A stretch of DNA of 36,202 nucleotides from a virus, in the IMG/VR virus record IMGVR_UViG_3300045988_175388; one strand, written 5' to 3'. Below the pieces are notes generated by a model. That model was given only the letters and a program-made list of their open reading frames with translations. It did no database searches and was not told where the DNA came from. The position numbers and the translations under genes were made by a program. The stretch's first letter is position 1, and every line of letters begins with the position of its first letter. This document shows, in pieces, positions 1-9,193 of the stretch.

Positions 1-44
1 ACAGAAGTTTATCCCTTACATTATTTTACGAAAGGATAAATAAA

Positions 45-579
45 ATGACATACATAGAATTAATAAATGCTTTCGAAATTTGGCTCGAAACTAATTATTT
101 GCCTGTTCCATCACAATTATTATGGTATAAGTTGATTAGATTGTTTAATAGATGTGGATGGGCTGAATGGATTTCAGTAGAAAACCAAACTTTAATGAGT
201 GTTATGAAAATAAAAAGAGAAGCTACGTTTATAGAAGTAAGAAATAAGTTATTGGATGCAAAATTTTTTGAATATAAAAAAGGCAAAAAAGGAAGTCCTA
301 ACCAATATAAAATTAATACTGACGTTTTTGAAAGTATAAACAGTAGTAAAAAGCGGAGTAAAAACAGTAGTAAAAAACGAAGCTAATACCGAAAACATAA
401 ATAGACTAGACAAAGACATTTATATTAATTTATTTAATAAATATAAAAAGCAAATCGAAAGCAAACCGTTTTATAAAAAGGTTTCAGTTATTTCAGAGTG
501 CCAAAATGAAGATGAATATAAAAATATGTCTTCGGATAGTCAAGAAAAGTTGTTTATGGATTTAATGAGTTTGAAATAA
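45..579 (+). CDS. DnaD-like phage replication protein, split by a +1 frameshift at CGG (354-356); fused product about 177 aa
   Basis: Frame 0 ORF 45-386 resembles the N-terminus of phage DnaD-domain proteins (LLWYKLIRLFNRCGWAEWISVENQTL...FFEYKKGKKGSPNQYKI). Dropping C354 gives ...SSKK-GVKTVVKNEANTENINRLDKDIYINLFNKYKKQIESKPFYKKVSVISECQNEDEYKNMSSDSQEKLFMDLMSLK*, ending at 579. AAAGGA RBS upstream of the ATG. Confidence 0.75.
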
Positions 580-718
580 AGAAAGGAATAGTTGCACAAA
601 CGAAGCAGGTAATAAAGAATATTGATACATTGCAAAATAATCAAGAAACAAGAGAGTATACTCCAAAAGCAGTAGAAGATTTGAAATGTGCAAAAAAGAA
701 GAAGGGGACGGAAGAATA

Positions 719-1012
719 ATGGGAAAAATAAGAATTTTAGGAGTGAATATAGAATACGATGCAGGAAATATAAGAATTTTAGATTCATACAAGGTTCATT
801 CTGCAGCATATATGCAAATGATATTAAATATGTTTGTCATCAAAACTGGATTTAAAAGTAAAAGAACAATGAAAAGTTGGCTGAAAGAATGGAAAACACA
901 TAACAGATTGCACAGGTTAGGACTATTTAAAAGCCACACAAAAGATTGTGATTTAGAAGAAAATGAAAAAGCACATAGATTAATAGCATATGAGATTTTA
1001 GGGAGATTCTAA
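719..1012 (+). CDS. hypothetical phage protein
   Basis: ORF from ATG 719 (MGKIRILGVNIEYDAGN...); compact early-gene arrangement. Confidence 0.6.
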   Translation: MGKIRILGVNIEYDAGNIRILDSYKVHSAAYMQMILNMFVIKTGFKSKRTMKSWLKEWKTHNRLHRLGLFKSHTKDCDLEENEKAHRLIAYEILGRF

Positions 1013-1033
1013 AATTAGAAGGAGTAAAGAGTT

Positions 1034-1246
1034 ATGAGTGATTTAACAGATGAAGAGATAATAGCAACAAGAAGATTACACGGATTAAATGATGATCTAT
1101 TTAAGATAGAGAAAAAAATAAATAAACAAGAAAAAGAGTTAAATGATTTAGAAGATTTTGCAGACTTGTTGAGACCAGAACAGAGATATTATACAAACAT
1201 AATTAAAAAGTTAGTAGAAAATGCTAGAAATAGAGGTAAACAATGA
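1034..1246 (+). CDS. hypothetical phage protein, coiled-coil like
   Basis: 70-aa ORF; ATGA overlap with the next gene. Confidence 0.55.
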   Translation: MSDLTDEEIIATRRLHGLNDDLFKIEKKINKQEKELNDLEDFADLLRPEQRYYTNIIKKLVENARNRGKQ

Positions 1247-1521
1247 TAATAGTAAGTCAAGGAAAAGATGAATTAGTGAATTTTGACAGAATAGAAAGCA
1301 TATGGATAGATGTAGAAGAAGGTAGAGTTACAATTGAGGCAACAGCTGATACAAATTCTACATTAGGAACATACTCAACAGAAGAAAGAGCAAAAGAAGT
1401 TTTACAAGGAATTATTAATGCTTATGAAAAAGCAGGAAATATAGCTTTTGAAACTAGTGAAGATGAAAGATTAATGAGATTAACACATAATTCAAGTGTA
1501 TTTGAAATGCCAGAAAAGTAG
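1243..1521 (+). CDS. hypothetical phage protein
   Basis: MIIVSQGKDELVNFDRIESIWID...; overlaps upstream stop. Confidence 0.6.
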   Translation: MIIVSQGKDELVNFDRIESIWIDVEEGRVTIEATADTNSTLGTYSTEERAKEVLQGIINAYEKAGNIAFETSEDERLMRLTHNSSVFEMPEK

Positions 1522-1929
1522 GTGGAGCAAATGGAAGATAAAATTGAAGTAAGAGAATATGTGAGAACTAAAGACGGGATAATAGCTCAAATCAAAAATA
1601 TAGACTATGAAGCTGAAATATATAGATTTGATAGAACTATTTATATCAATGATTTTGGAATGAAAAACGATGTACTTTATAACAATGAAATGTTTAAAAA
1701 AGTGGTAGTAAAACATAGCAAACAACTAATAGATTTAATAGAAGTTGGAGACTATGTAAACGGAAGAAAAGTAAAACATATTGCTATGTTTGAAGGATTT
1801 CCAGATTATCCAAAATTAATATTTGTTGATGAAACACATTTAATACCAGACGATACTTGTGCAATACTAACCAAAGAGCAGTTTGAGGCTAATTGCTATA
1901 AAGTAGGAGGAGAAGATGATGAAGTATAA
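1522..1929 (+). CDS. hypothetical phage protein
   Basis: ORF with GGTGGAG RBS; likely start at the ATG at 1531 (MEDKIEVREYVRTKDG...). Confidence 0.5.
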   Translation: MEQMEDKIEVREYVRTKDGIIAQIKNIDYEAEIYRFDRTIYINDFGMKNDVLYNNEMFKKVVVKHSKQLIDLIEVGDYVNGRKVKHIAMFEGFPDYPKLIFVDETHLIPDDTCAILTKEQFEANCYKVGGEDDEV

Positions 1930-2197
1930 AGAATGTATAAAAAGAGTAGGACTAAAAAATGTAATATTATACGAAATGTTTTATGTTTTAGAAATTATTT
2001 TGAATTTACCTTATTTAATATTACGAGGAATAGCCATTATATATGATAATATACTTGAATTTATTGTATTTATAACTGAAAAACAACAGAATTTGTTAGC
2101 ACGAATTTTTGGGAAAACAAGAATAATTAATTTAAGTAAACTAAGCAAGAAAATAGACGATTTTAGAGTAAAAACAATTAAAGGATTAAAAAAGTAG
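1916..2197 (+). CDS. hypothetical protein with hydrophobic segment
   Basis: 93-aa ORF with hydrophobic stretch; overlaps upstream gene. Confidence 0.45.
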   Translation: MMKYKECIKRVGLKNVILYEMFYVLEIILNLPYLILRGIAIIYDNILEFIVFITEKQQNLLARIFGKTRIINLSKLSKKIDDFRVKTIKGLKK

Positions 2198-2206
2198 GAG
2201 GAGAAG

Positions 2207-2587
2207 ATGAATAGAGAGATAAAATTTAGAGGAAAAGATATATTACATAAAAGTTGGCAATATGGAAGTCTTGCAAAAGATGAGCCTCAAAAATCATATT
2301 ATATTATAGACAATGAATATGGAAGAGGAATTGATGTTGATAAAGAAACAGTAGGACAATACACAGGGCTACACGATAAAAACGGAAAAGAAATATATGA
2401 GGGAGATATATTGAAAGTATACTATAAAGGGATGTCAGGAGTAGGTTATGTAGAATACGACAATGATTACTGTGAATACAAAATAATTATAAATACTGAT
2501 AAAGATTATTTTAGCTTATGGAAAAGCATAGATTTAGAAAAAATAGGCAATAAATACGATAATCCAGAGTTATTAGGAGGAGAATAG
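2207..2587 (+). CDS. YopX family protein
   Basis: MNREIKFRGKD...YGSL...VGQYTGLHDKNGKEIYEGDILKV: YopX signature; GGAGGAG RBS. Confidence 0.85.
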   Translation: MNREIKFRGKDILHKSWQYGSLAKDEPQKSYYIIDNEYGRGIDVDKETVGQYTGLHDKNGKEIYEGDILKVYYKGMSGVGYVEYDNDYCEYKIIINTDKDYFSLWKSIDLEKIGNKYDNPELLGGE

Positions 2588-2589
2588 AT

Positions 2590-2838
2590 ATGTTAAAAAT
2601 AAGAGATGATGTAGATTTAAAAGAACTTGAAAAGTTTGGATTTTTAATAGATAAGAGTGGATTTTGTGAAAAAAGATTAGAAAATGATGTAGATAGCCAA
2701 ATAACTATAAATATTACTCACAATAGATTTATTAATATAGATATTCAATATGGAGAATGGCAAGGAAGTTCAACTTTATATGAGCAATTAACAATTTTAT
2801 ATGATTTAATCAAAGCAAATTTAATAGTAAAGGAGTAA
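2590..2838 (+). CDS. hypothetical phage protein
   Basis: 82-aa ORF immediately following 2587. Confidence 0.5.
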   Translation: MLKIRDDVDLKELEKFGFLIDKSGFCEKRLENDVDSQITINITHNRFINIDIQYGEWQGSSTLYEQLTILYDLIKANLIVKE

Positions 2839-2842
2839 AGTT

Positions 2843-3256
2843 ATGAAAAATATATTAGCAGAAAATTTAAATTTAAAATTAAAAGAAGGACACGCAGTAT
2901 GTTTTGACTTTGATGGAGTTATTCATAAATATTCAAAAGGATGGCAAGACGGAAGTATATATGATGAACATAACAAAGAAATAATTAACTTAATGTGTTT
3001 TTTACAAAAGGCAGGAATACCGATTTTTATATGTTCTACAAGAGAACCAATGCAAATAATAAGTTGGTGGAATAAACAAGGATTTTGGTGCCAGGCTGTA
3101 AGCATAAGTAATGACAAAACATTTTGGAATGATTTGAATTGCATAGGAGTAACAAACAGAAAACTACCAGCTCAATTATATATAGACGATAGAGCATATA
3201 ATTATAGTGAACAAACAATGAAAGAAATAATATTAGAATTATCAGTAAAGGAGTAA
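2843..3256 (+). CDS. HAD-like hydrolase
   Basis: VCFDFDGVIH (DxDG motif I), FICSTRE (motif II-like), YIDDRA (motif IV-like). Confidence 0.75.
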   Translation: MKNILAENLNLKLKEGHAVCFDFDGVIHKYSKGWQDGSIYDEHNKEIINLMCFLQKAGIPIFICSTREPMQIISWWNKQGFWCQAVSISNDKTFWNDLNCIGVTNRKLPAQLYIDDRAYNYSEQTMKEIILELSVKE

Positions 3257-3263
3257 ATAAGAT

Positions 3264-3662
3264 ATGAGTGAAGAAATTATAAAAGTAATAGATGAATTAG
3301 GAAAAAGATTCGGAATTGTAATAGATTGGAGCAACCAAAATATACTTCCATATTTGCAAGAATTATTAAAAAGGTTTATATGTTATCGAAATATAACAGC
3401 GTGTGTGTGGATAATACTATCAATAGCAATGACAATAGGCGGAGTTGTAGTGTTTAAGTTTTTAAATAAATGGAGAAAAAGCGAGAATTATGATAGTGAT
3501 TATTGTGGTGATGACGAAGTATTAGCTTTATTTGGATATATATTTTCAATATGTATGATAGCACTAGGAATAGGATTAATAATTGGAAACATGATTGGAA
3601 TTGCAAAAAATATATGTATGCCAGAAATGGTAGTATACGAATACATAAAAAATATTCAATAG
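3264..3662 (+). CDS. small membrane protein
   Basis: Two hydrophobic segments. Confidence 0.45.
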   Translation: MSEEIIKVIDELGKRFGIVIDWSNQNILPYLQELLKRFICYRNITACVWIILSIAMTIGGVVVFKFLNKWRKSENYDSDYCGDDEVLALFGYIFSICMIALGIGLIIGNMIGIAKNICMPEMVVYEYIKNIQ

Positions 3663-3678
3663 AAAGGAGTAATACATA

Positions 3679-3948
3679 GTGAAAAAAATAATACAAACAA
3701 TAAAGCTTAGACGATTAAAAACAGAATTTAATAAAGAAATTATTGAAGATCAAAATAAAAATGAATTTCTAGTATTGTTTAGAGATGGTACTTGTAAAGA
3801 AGTTAATTGTAAAGATGATTTGATAGATATATTAAGAAAAGACCATATAAAGCCGATACGATATGTCTTTAGTATGTCAGATAGAATTGTACTTGATAGA
3901 GATATATTAATAAATCAGGAGGAAGGTGCTTTAAGTGAAAGAAAATAG
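3679..3948 (+). CDS. hypothetical phage protein
   Basis: 89-aa ORF overlapping next start. Confidence 0.45.
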   Translation: MKKIIQTIKLRRLKTEFNKEIIEDQNKNEFLVLFRDGTCKEVNCKDDLIDILRKDHIKPIRYVFSMSDRIVLDRDILINQEEGALSERK

Positions 3949-4291
3949 TATAGAGGAAGCATTGAAAAAATTAACAACTGGCAAAAAAATGAAAATGTAT
4001 GAGCTGTTGAGAACTTTCAAAAGAGAAGGCATTGAAAATTTTGTTATTACAAGAAAGAAGTATGTTGATGTTATTTTATCAGATTATAAAAGATTACAAG
4101 AAGAATTTAAACAAGTAGACCATGAATGCGATAGATTAGAAGAAAAAGAAATTAAATTAGAAAAAGAAAATGCACAATTAAAAGAAGATATTAAAGAAAT
4201 GTATTTTAAAGAAGTAGTTATAACAATTATGTGCGACAATTTTAGTTTAAGCAGAAATGAAGCATTAGAGTTGTTGGGAGATGAAGAATAA
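3935..4291 (+). CDS. hypothetical coiled-coil protein
   Basis: 118-aa ORF, heptad-rich centre. Confidence 0.45.
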   Translation: MKENSIEEALKKLTTGKKMKMYELLRTFKREGIENFVITRKKYVDVILSDYKRLQEEFKQVDHECDRLEEKEIKLEKENAQLKEDIKEMYFKEVVITIMCDNFSLSRNEALELLGDEE

Positions 4292-4747
4292 ATGAACAAG
4301 GAAGAAAAGAGAGCTATTGAAAAATTTAGAAAACTTGGAATAAAAAAGTTTAGAGAAGAAAAGCTTACAAATGAAGATTTACCAAGTTATTTTGAATTTG
4401 TAATAATATTAAATCTAATCGAAAAACTACAAAAAGAGAATGAAGAATTGAAAATAGTAAAATCTGCAATACAAACATTACAAATAAATTCGATGGAAGA
4501 TGAAAAATATATTGTAATATCCAAAAGTAGTTTTTTTGATGGAAGTTACAAACATTTATTAGATGAGTTTATTCCAATTCAAAAAGTAAAAGACAGGATA
4601 GAAAAATACAAAAAATTAAGTGATAAATTCTATGTAAAATTCTTAGAGAGTGATAGATATAATACTGATATACGAGAAAAAGGAATAAAATGCGATGCAA
4701 TAATATTAGCACTTGAAGAACTAATAGAAGAAAGAGAGGAAAAATAG
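4292..4747 (+). CDS. hypothetical coiled-coil protein
   Basis: 151-aa ORF. Confidence 0.45.
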   Translation: MNKEEKRAIEKFRKLGIKKFREEKLTNEDLPSYFEFVIILNLIEKLQKENEELKIVKSAIQTLQINSMEDEKYIVISKSSFFDGSYKHLLDEFIPIQKVKDRIEKYKKLSDKFYVKFLESDRYNTDIREKGIKCDAIILALEELIEEREEK

Positions 4748-4805
4748 AGAAAACAACAAAATATAAAAACAAAAAATAGTAAATACTACACAAGAGGTGT
4801 AGTAA

Positions 4806-5018
4806 GTGACAGATAAAGAGATAATAGAGAAGTGGAAGGCAGGATTAAGTAAAAATAAATTAGCAGAAATATATAGAAGAGAATACAATCAGCAAATAAA
4901 GATAATAAGAGCAAGTATAAGACATAGACACGATGGAACATTTATAAGCAATTATGAGGCGCTAGCAAAAGTGGAGAGAGTAATATATAGACATTTGAAA
5001 ATAAAAGATTCAAAATAA
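4806..5018 (+). CDS. small HTH-like protein
   Basis: EIIEKWKAGLSKNKLAEIYRREYNQ... resembles a resolvase/HTH segment. Confidence 0.4.
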   Translation: MTDKEIIEKWKAGLSKNKLAEIYRREYNQQIKIIRASIRHRHDGTFISNYEALAKVERVIYRHLKIKDSK

Positions 5019-5045
5019 ATAATATATAAGAAAGTAGGAAATAAA

Positions 5046-5534
5046 ATGAGAAAATTTGAATATGTAAATAGAGTAATAAGTACTGGATTTGAAACAAAAG
5101 AGCCAGATTTTAAATTGCCGGAAAGAAAGACAAAGAAATCAGCTGGATATGATTTTGAATGCATAGAAACAATTATAATACCACCTTATAAAATAGGAGA
5201 TAAACCAATATTTGTACCAACAGGAGTAAAGTGTAAAATGCAAGATAATGAGTTTTTGATGTTAGTAAATAGAAGCAGCAATCCTAAAAAGAAAAATTTA
5301 GTTATTCCAAATAGTATAGGAATAATAGATGCAGATTATTACGAAAATGAAGAAAATGATGGAGAAATAATGTTTACTTTTTACAATTTAAGCTCAGAAC
5401 CAATAACAATAGAAAAAGGATATTGTATAGGCCAAGGTATATTTCAAAAATATTATACAACAGAAGATGATAAGGCAGTAGGAAAAAGAATGGGAGGGTT
5501 TGGAAGTACTAATAATAAGAAAGGAGAAAGTTGA
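5046..5534 (+). CDS. dut: dUTP diphosphatase (dUTPase)
   Basis: SAGYDFE, PTGVKCKM, NRSSNPKK, GIIDADYYENEENDGEIMF, GQGIFQKYYTTEDD, RMGGFGSTN: trimeric dUTPase motifs. Confidence 0.9.
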   Translation: MRKFEYVNRVISTGFETKEPDFKLPERKTKKSAGYDFECIETIIIPPYKIGDKPIFVPTGVKCKMQDNEFLMLVNRSSNPKKKNLVIPNSIGIIDADYYENEENDGEIMFTFYNLSSEPITIEKGYCIGQGIFQKYYTTEDDKAVGKRMGGFGSTNNKKGES

Positions 5535-5708
5535 ATGAAGTTAGACAAAAGAATAGAGCAAGCAATAGGCTACAATGTAAAGCAAATATTAATAAATAAT
5601 AAATCATATAAAGCTTTAGAAGAAGAAACAAAACAATTATTACGTCAAAGTAATGTAAATATAATATTTGATGAGAATCAAAAAGAATTTATGTGTAAAT
5701 TTGAATAG
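5535..5708 (+). CDS. small hypothetical protein
   Basis: TGAATG coupling to dut stop; MKLDKRIEQAIGYNVKQILINNKSYKALEEE...CKFE*. Confidence 0.4.
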   Translation: MKLDKRIEQAIGYNVKQILINNKSYKALEEETKQLLRQSNVNIIFDENQKEFMCKFE

Positions 5709-5717
5709 GAGGTACAA

Positions 5718-6194
5718 ATGAATAAAGAAACTTTAATAGAATTATTGAGAGATTATAAAGAAAATAAGGCAAAATTAAATATTAAGCTTAAAGAATTGAA
5801 AACAGCAAGATTAAATTTAAAGAGCAATGATTTTGAAACAAGTACAACATCGATGTTTGGAATTAATCAAGATATACATAGCAAGAATAAAATTAGCAAC
5901 AAAGTTTTAGCGAAGATTGAAGCTAATGAGAAAAAGAAAGAAGAAGCGGAACAGAAAATAGAAGATCTAGAAAAAGAAGTTAGAGAATTAAGAGAAAAAG
6001 TAGATTTAATAGATGATAGATTAGCTGCATTAAAATATAAAGAAAAAGAGTTGTTGATTGCCTATCATGTAGAAGGTAGAACATATTCAGACATAGGAAA
6101 TAATCTATACTTTAAATTATTTAATCAAACAAGAGATGCTGATACAATAAAAGATATAGTAGGAAAAGCAACGGAAAAAATGTTAAAATTATAA
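5718..6194 (+). CDS. sigma-70 region 4-like / ArpU-like late regulator
   Basis: Coiled-coil N-terminus and a C-terminal HTH (LLIAYHVEGRTYSDIGNNLYF...); last gene before the packaging module. Confidence 0.45.
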   Translation: MNKETLIELLRDYKENKAKLNIKLKELKTARLNLKSNDFETSTTSMFGINQDIHSKNKISNKVLAKIEANEKKKEEAEQKIEDLEKEVRELREKVDLIDDRLAALKYKEKELLIAYHVEGRTYSDIGNNLYFKLFNQTRDADTIKDIVGKATEKMLKL

Positions 6195-6248
6195 AATACC
6201 CTATTTTTCCCCTCAAAATAAGGTATTAATTACTAAATGTATATAGTA

Positions 6249-6353
6249 TAATAATAATAATTAAATTACCGTAAGTTAAGTGAAGAATAACACTTAAAGG
6301 TAACCAAAATTCCCTATGGAAAGAGTAAATGTTAAAAATGTTTACTCTTTTAT
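6249..6353 (+). ncRNA. candidate small structured RNA with intrinsic terminator
   Basis: TATAAT-like sequence near 6247; TTACC(6266-6270)/GGTAA(6299-6303) outer stem; TTAAGTG(6276-6282)/CACTTAA(6291-6297) inner stem; terminator hairpin AAAGAGTAAA(6320-6329)/TTTACTCTTT(6341-6350). Confidence 0.4.
6320..6353 (+). terminator. intrinsic terminator-like hairpin
   Basis: 10-bp perfect stem AAAGAGTAAA/TTTACTCTTT followed by TATTTAT. Confidence 0.55.
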
Positions 6354-6408
6354 TTATGTTTAAATTATAAGCTATTACCATCAATGCTAGATAAGATGAT
6401 AATATAAA

Positions 6409-6426
6409 TGTATCAAAATTGATACA
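6409..6426. promoter_or_regulatory. dyad operator-like site
   Basis: TGTATCA-AAAT-TGATACA perfect 7-bp inverted repeat upstream of the late operon. Confidence 0.35.
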
Positions 6427-6507
6427 AACTCCGAAGATTCTTTTGTTTTATTATATTCTCTCTTGAACTTTCTAGCAGTTCAAATTAATTTTAAATGGAG
6501 GACCTGT

Positions 6508-6672
6508 ATGAATAAAATATATGAAATATTAGAAGCGAAAAAAAGAAACCAATTAGAAGAACAAATCTATAAAAACTATAAAAATTTTTCTAATAAAGAG
6601 TGTTTTAATTACAATCATTGTATGAAAAGAAAATGTAAAGATTGTTCAAAAATGAAAAAATGTACTACTTAA
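6508..6672 (+). CDS. small Cys-rich protein
   Basis: TGGAGG RBS then MNKIYEILEAKK...CFNYNHCMKRKCKDCSKMKKCTT. Confidence 0.45.
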   Translation: MNKIYEILEAKKRNQLEEQIYKNYKNFSNKECFNYNHCMKRKCKDCSKMKKCTT

Positions 6673-6692
6673 TATTACGGGGAGATGATATT

Positions 6693-7113
6693 ATGAGAAA
6701 AAGACATCCGGGTGGAAGACCGCCAAAATATACAGAAGCTGAAAAGATGGAATATAAAATAAGTAAATATTTTGAAAGTTGTTTTATTCCTTCAAGGGAT
6801 AGAGCCGGGAATATTTTAAGAGATGAAAAACGGAAATGTAATAAAGACTCAAATAAGACCTTTTACTATTTCTGGTCTTGCTGATGCATTAGATATGAGT
6901 AGGCAATCACTATTGAATTATAGTCAAAAAGAGGAGTTTTTTGACACGATAACGCGTGCAAAAAGGAAATGTGAAGTATATGCAGAAGAACAGTTATTTG
7001 ACAAGAGTGGAGTTACTGGTGCAAAGTTTAGCTTGGCTAATAATTTTGATGGTTGGAAGGATAAACAAGAAATTGAACATTCAGGTCTTTTAAAATTGGA
7101 AGATGTTTTATGA
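6693..7113 (+). CDS. terS: terminase small subunit, split by a +1 frameshift at CGG (6831-6833); fused product 139 aa
   Basis: MRKRHPGGRPPKYTEAEKMEYKISKYFESCF...AGNILRDEK-GNVIKTQIRPFTISGLADALDMSRQSLLNYSQKEEFFDTI...: continuous TerS-like protein only if C6831 is skipped. Immediately precedes terL. Confidence 0.85.
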
Positions 7114-8924
7114 TATATACGGCCCAGACTTTAATAGAAAAAAGAAAAGAAAAATGGGAAAAGTCTCAAAATATTGAAGAAGATAAGAGATTTAGAGAAG
7201 CCGTTGCAAATGAGTTATACCTAAACCGAATGCTTTTAGCAGAAGTAAAAGAAAATCCTGAATATCTAATAGAATTAGAATTTGTTATAGTTAATAAGAA
7301 ACAAAAAACGGTACCATTTTTTATAAATGATGTTCAACAGGAATTTATAAAGATATTAAACCAAGCCAAAAAAGATTATGCAAAAGGATTAATAACAGAT
7401 ATGACGTTTTTAGTATTAAAAGGTAGACAACAAGGCTTCACATCACTAATAACAGCATATCAATTAGCTTTTTCTCTATTAAATCGAAACTTTCAAGGTT
7501 TTACTTTAGCTGATAAGACCGATAATACAGAGTCTATATTTCAAAATAAAGCTAAATTTCCATATGAACAGCTTCCTAATGTTATTAAACCAACTGAAAA
7601 GTTTAATAATAAAAGACAATTACTATTTGAAAAGTTAAATTCGAATTGGAGTGTAGATACCGCAACAGAAAATGTTGGACGTTCAAGGACAATTAATTTT
7701 TTTCATGGTTCTGAATGTGCATTTTGGAAAAGTATTTCAAAGGTTCAAGCTGGATTAGGAGAGGCTTTTACAATAGATTGTATAAAAATATATGAAAGCA
7801 CTGCAAACGGATATAATGATTTCCAAAAAATGTGGGAAAATGGCAGTGGAATAAAATGTTTTTTTGAATGGTGGAAAACAAAAGAGTACAGAACAAATTT
7901 TGAAAATGATGAAATAAAAAATACTTTTATAAACAAGATATATAGTAGCAAAGATTGGATCTTCGAAAGAATTAAAGTTTTAATAGAATCGAAACATTTA
8001 AGTCTTGAACAGGTATATTGGTATTATAAAAAATATGAAAATTATATTGATAAAGATTTAATAAAGCAAGAATATCCTTGTAGTAGTGAAGAAGCTTTTT
8101 TAGCATCTGGGGATTGTGTTTTTGATAAAGAAAAAATAATTAATAGATTACAAGAGTTGCAAATGCCTATTAAACAAGGATATTTTAAATACGAAACATA
8201 TTATAACGAACAAGAAAATGAAGTACTAATAGCTGATAGTTCAATTCAATGGTTTGATAGTCCACATGGTTATATAAAAATATACGAAGAACCACTTGAG
8301 GGATATCCTTATGTTATCGGTGGTGATACAGCCGGTGAGGGTTCTGATAATTTTGCTGGTCAAACATTAAATAATGTAACTGGAAATCAAGCAGCTGTAT
8401 TAAAGCATCAATTTGATGAAGATATGTATGCAAAACAGATTTATTGTTTAGGCATTTATTATAATAATGCATTGATTGGCGTAGAAACTAATTATAGCAC
8501 ATATCCAAACAAAGAATTAGAACGATTGCAATATCCTAATTTATATATAAGAGAGAAAGAAGATACATATACTCATAAGACAATTAAATCATATGGATTT
8601 GAAACTAATAAGAAAACAAGACCTATAATAATAGCAGGATTAGTAGAAGAATATAGAGATAATATTAAGCTAGTAAATGACAGAGATACATTAAAAGAAG
8701 CTGTAACATTTATAAAAAATGAAAATGGTAGACCTGAAGCACAAGAGGGGTATCATGATGATTTAACAATGGCAAATGCAATAGCACATTATATAAGGCC
8801 TGCTCAAACATATTTGATTCAGAAAAAAGAAACTGAAAATATTAACAAATATAATCCGTTAGATGACTTATATGAAGATGACTCAATAAATTCAGATTTT
8901 GGAATGCAAATAAATATAATATAA
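7110..8924 (+). CDS. terL: terminase large subunit
   Basis: FLVLKGRQQGFTSLITAYQLAFSL (Walker A-like), later GGDTAGEGSDNFAG and DDLTMANAIAHY (nuclease region). Confidence 0.9.
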   Translation: MIYTAQTLIEKRKEKWEKSQNIEEDKRFREAVANELYLNRMLLAEVKENPEYLIELEFVIVNKKQKTVPFFINDVQQEFIKILNQAKKDYAKGLITDMTFLVLKGRQQGFTSLITAYQLAFSLLNRNFQGFTLADKTDNTESIFQNKAKFPYEQLPNVIKPTEKFNNKRQLLFEKLNSNWSVDTATENVGRSRTINFFHGSECAFWKSISKVQAGLGEAFTIDCIKIYESTANGYNDFQKMWENGSGIKCFFEWWKTKEYRTNFENDEIKNTFINKIYSSKDWIFERIKVLIESKHLSLEQVYWYYKKYENYIDKDLIKQEYPCSSEEAFLASGDCVFDKEKIINRLQELQMPIKQGYFKYETYYNEQENEVLIADSSIQWFDSPHGYIKIYEEPLEGYPYVIGGDTAGEGSDNFAGQTLNNVTGNQAAVLKHQFDEDMYAKQIYCLGIYYNNALIGVETNYSTYPNKELERLQYPNLYIREKEDTYTHKTIKSYGFETNKKTRPIIIAGLVEEYRDNIKLVNDRDTLKEAVTFIKNENGRPEAQEGYHDDLTMANAIAHYIRPAQTYLIQKKETENINKYNPLDDLYEDDSINSDFGMQINII

Positions 8925-8935
8925 GGTGATAGAAA

Positions 8936-9193
8936 ATGAATATAATTTTGATTATGATAGCTACTGCAGCTATTTTTTTTATTGGAATAAGAGTTGGATA
9001 TAATATGGGACTAAAAGAATATAAAACTTTTTCAACAGGACCCAAAATACAAAAATTAAAAAGAACGATACCTTTTACAAAGGAATATAAAGAAGAACAA
9101 AAAGAGAAAGAGGAAATTATTAGATTGAATAAAATAATGAATAACATAGATAATTTTAATGGAAAGAAAGAGGGGCAGGTGGATGTTGATTAA
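8936..9193 (+). CDS. small membrane-anchored protein
   Basis: N-terminal hydrophobic helix; overlaps portal start. Confidence 0.5.
   Translation: MNIILIMIATAAIFFIGIRVGYNMGLKEYKTFSTGPKIQKLKRTIPFTKEYKEEQKEKEEIIRLNKIMNNIDNFNGKKEGQVDVD

Noticed and set aside
6678-6680. In-frame CGG in ORF 6642-6884 upstream of TerS
   Set aside because: It lies in the RBS/spacer before the likely true start ATG 6693, so it is not translated as part of TerS.
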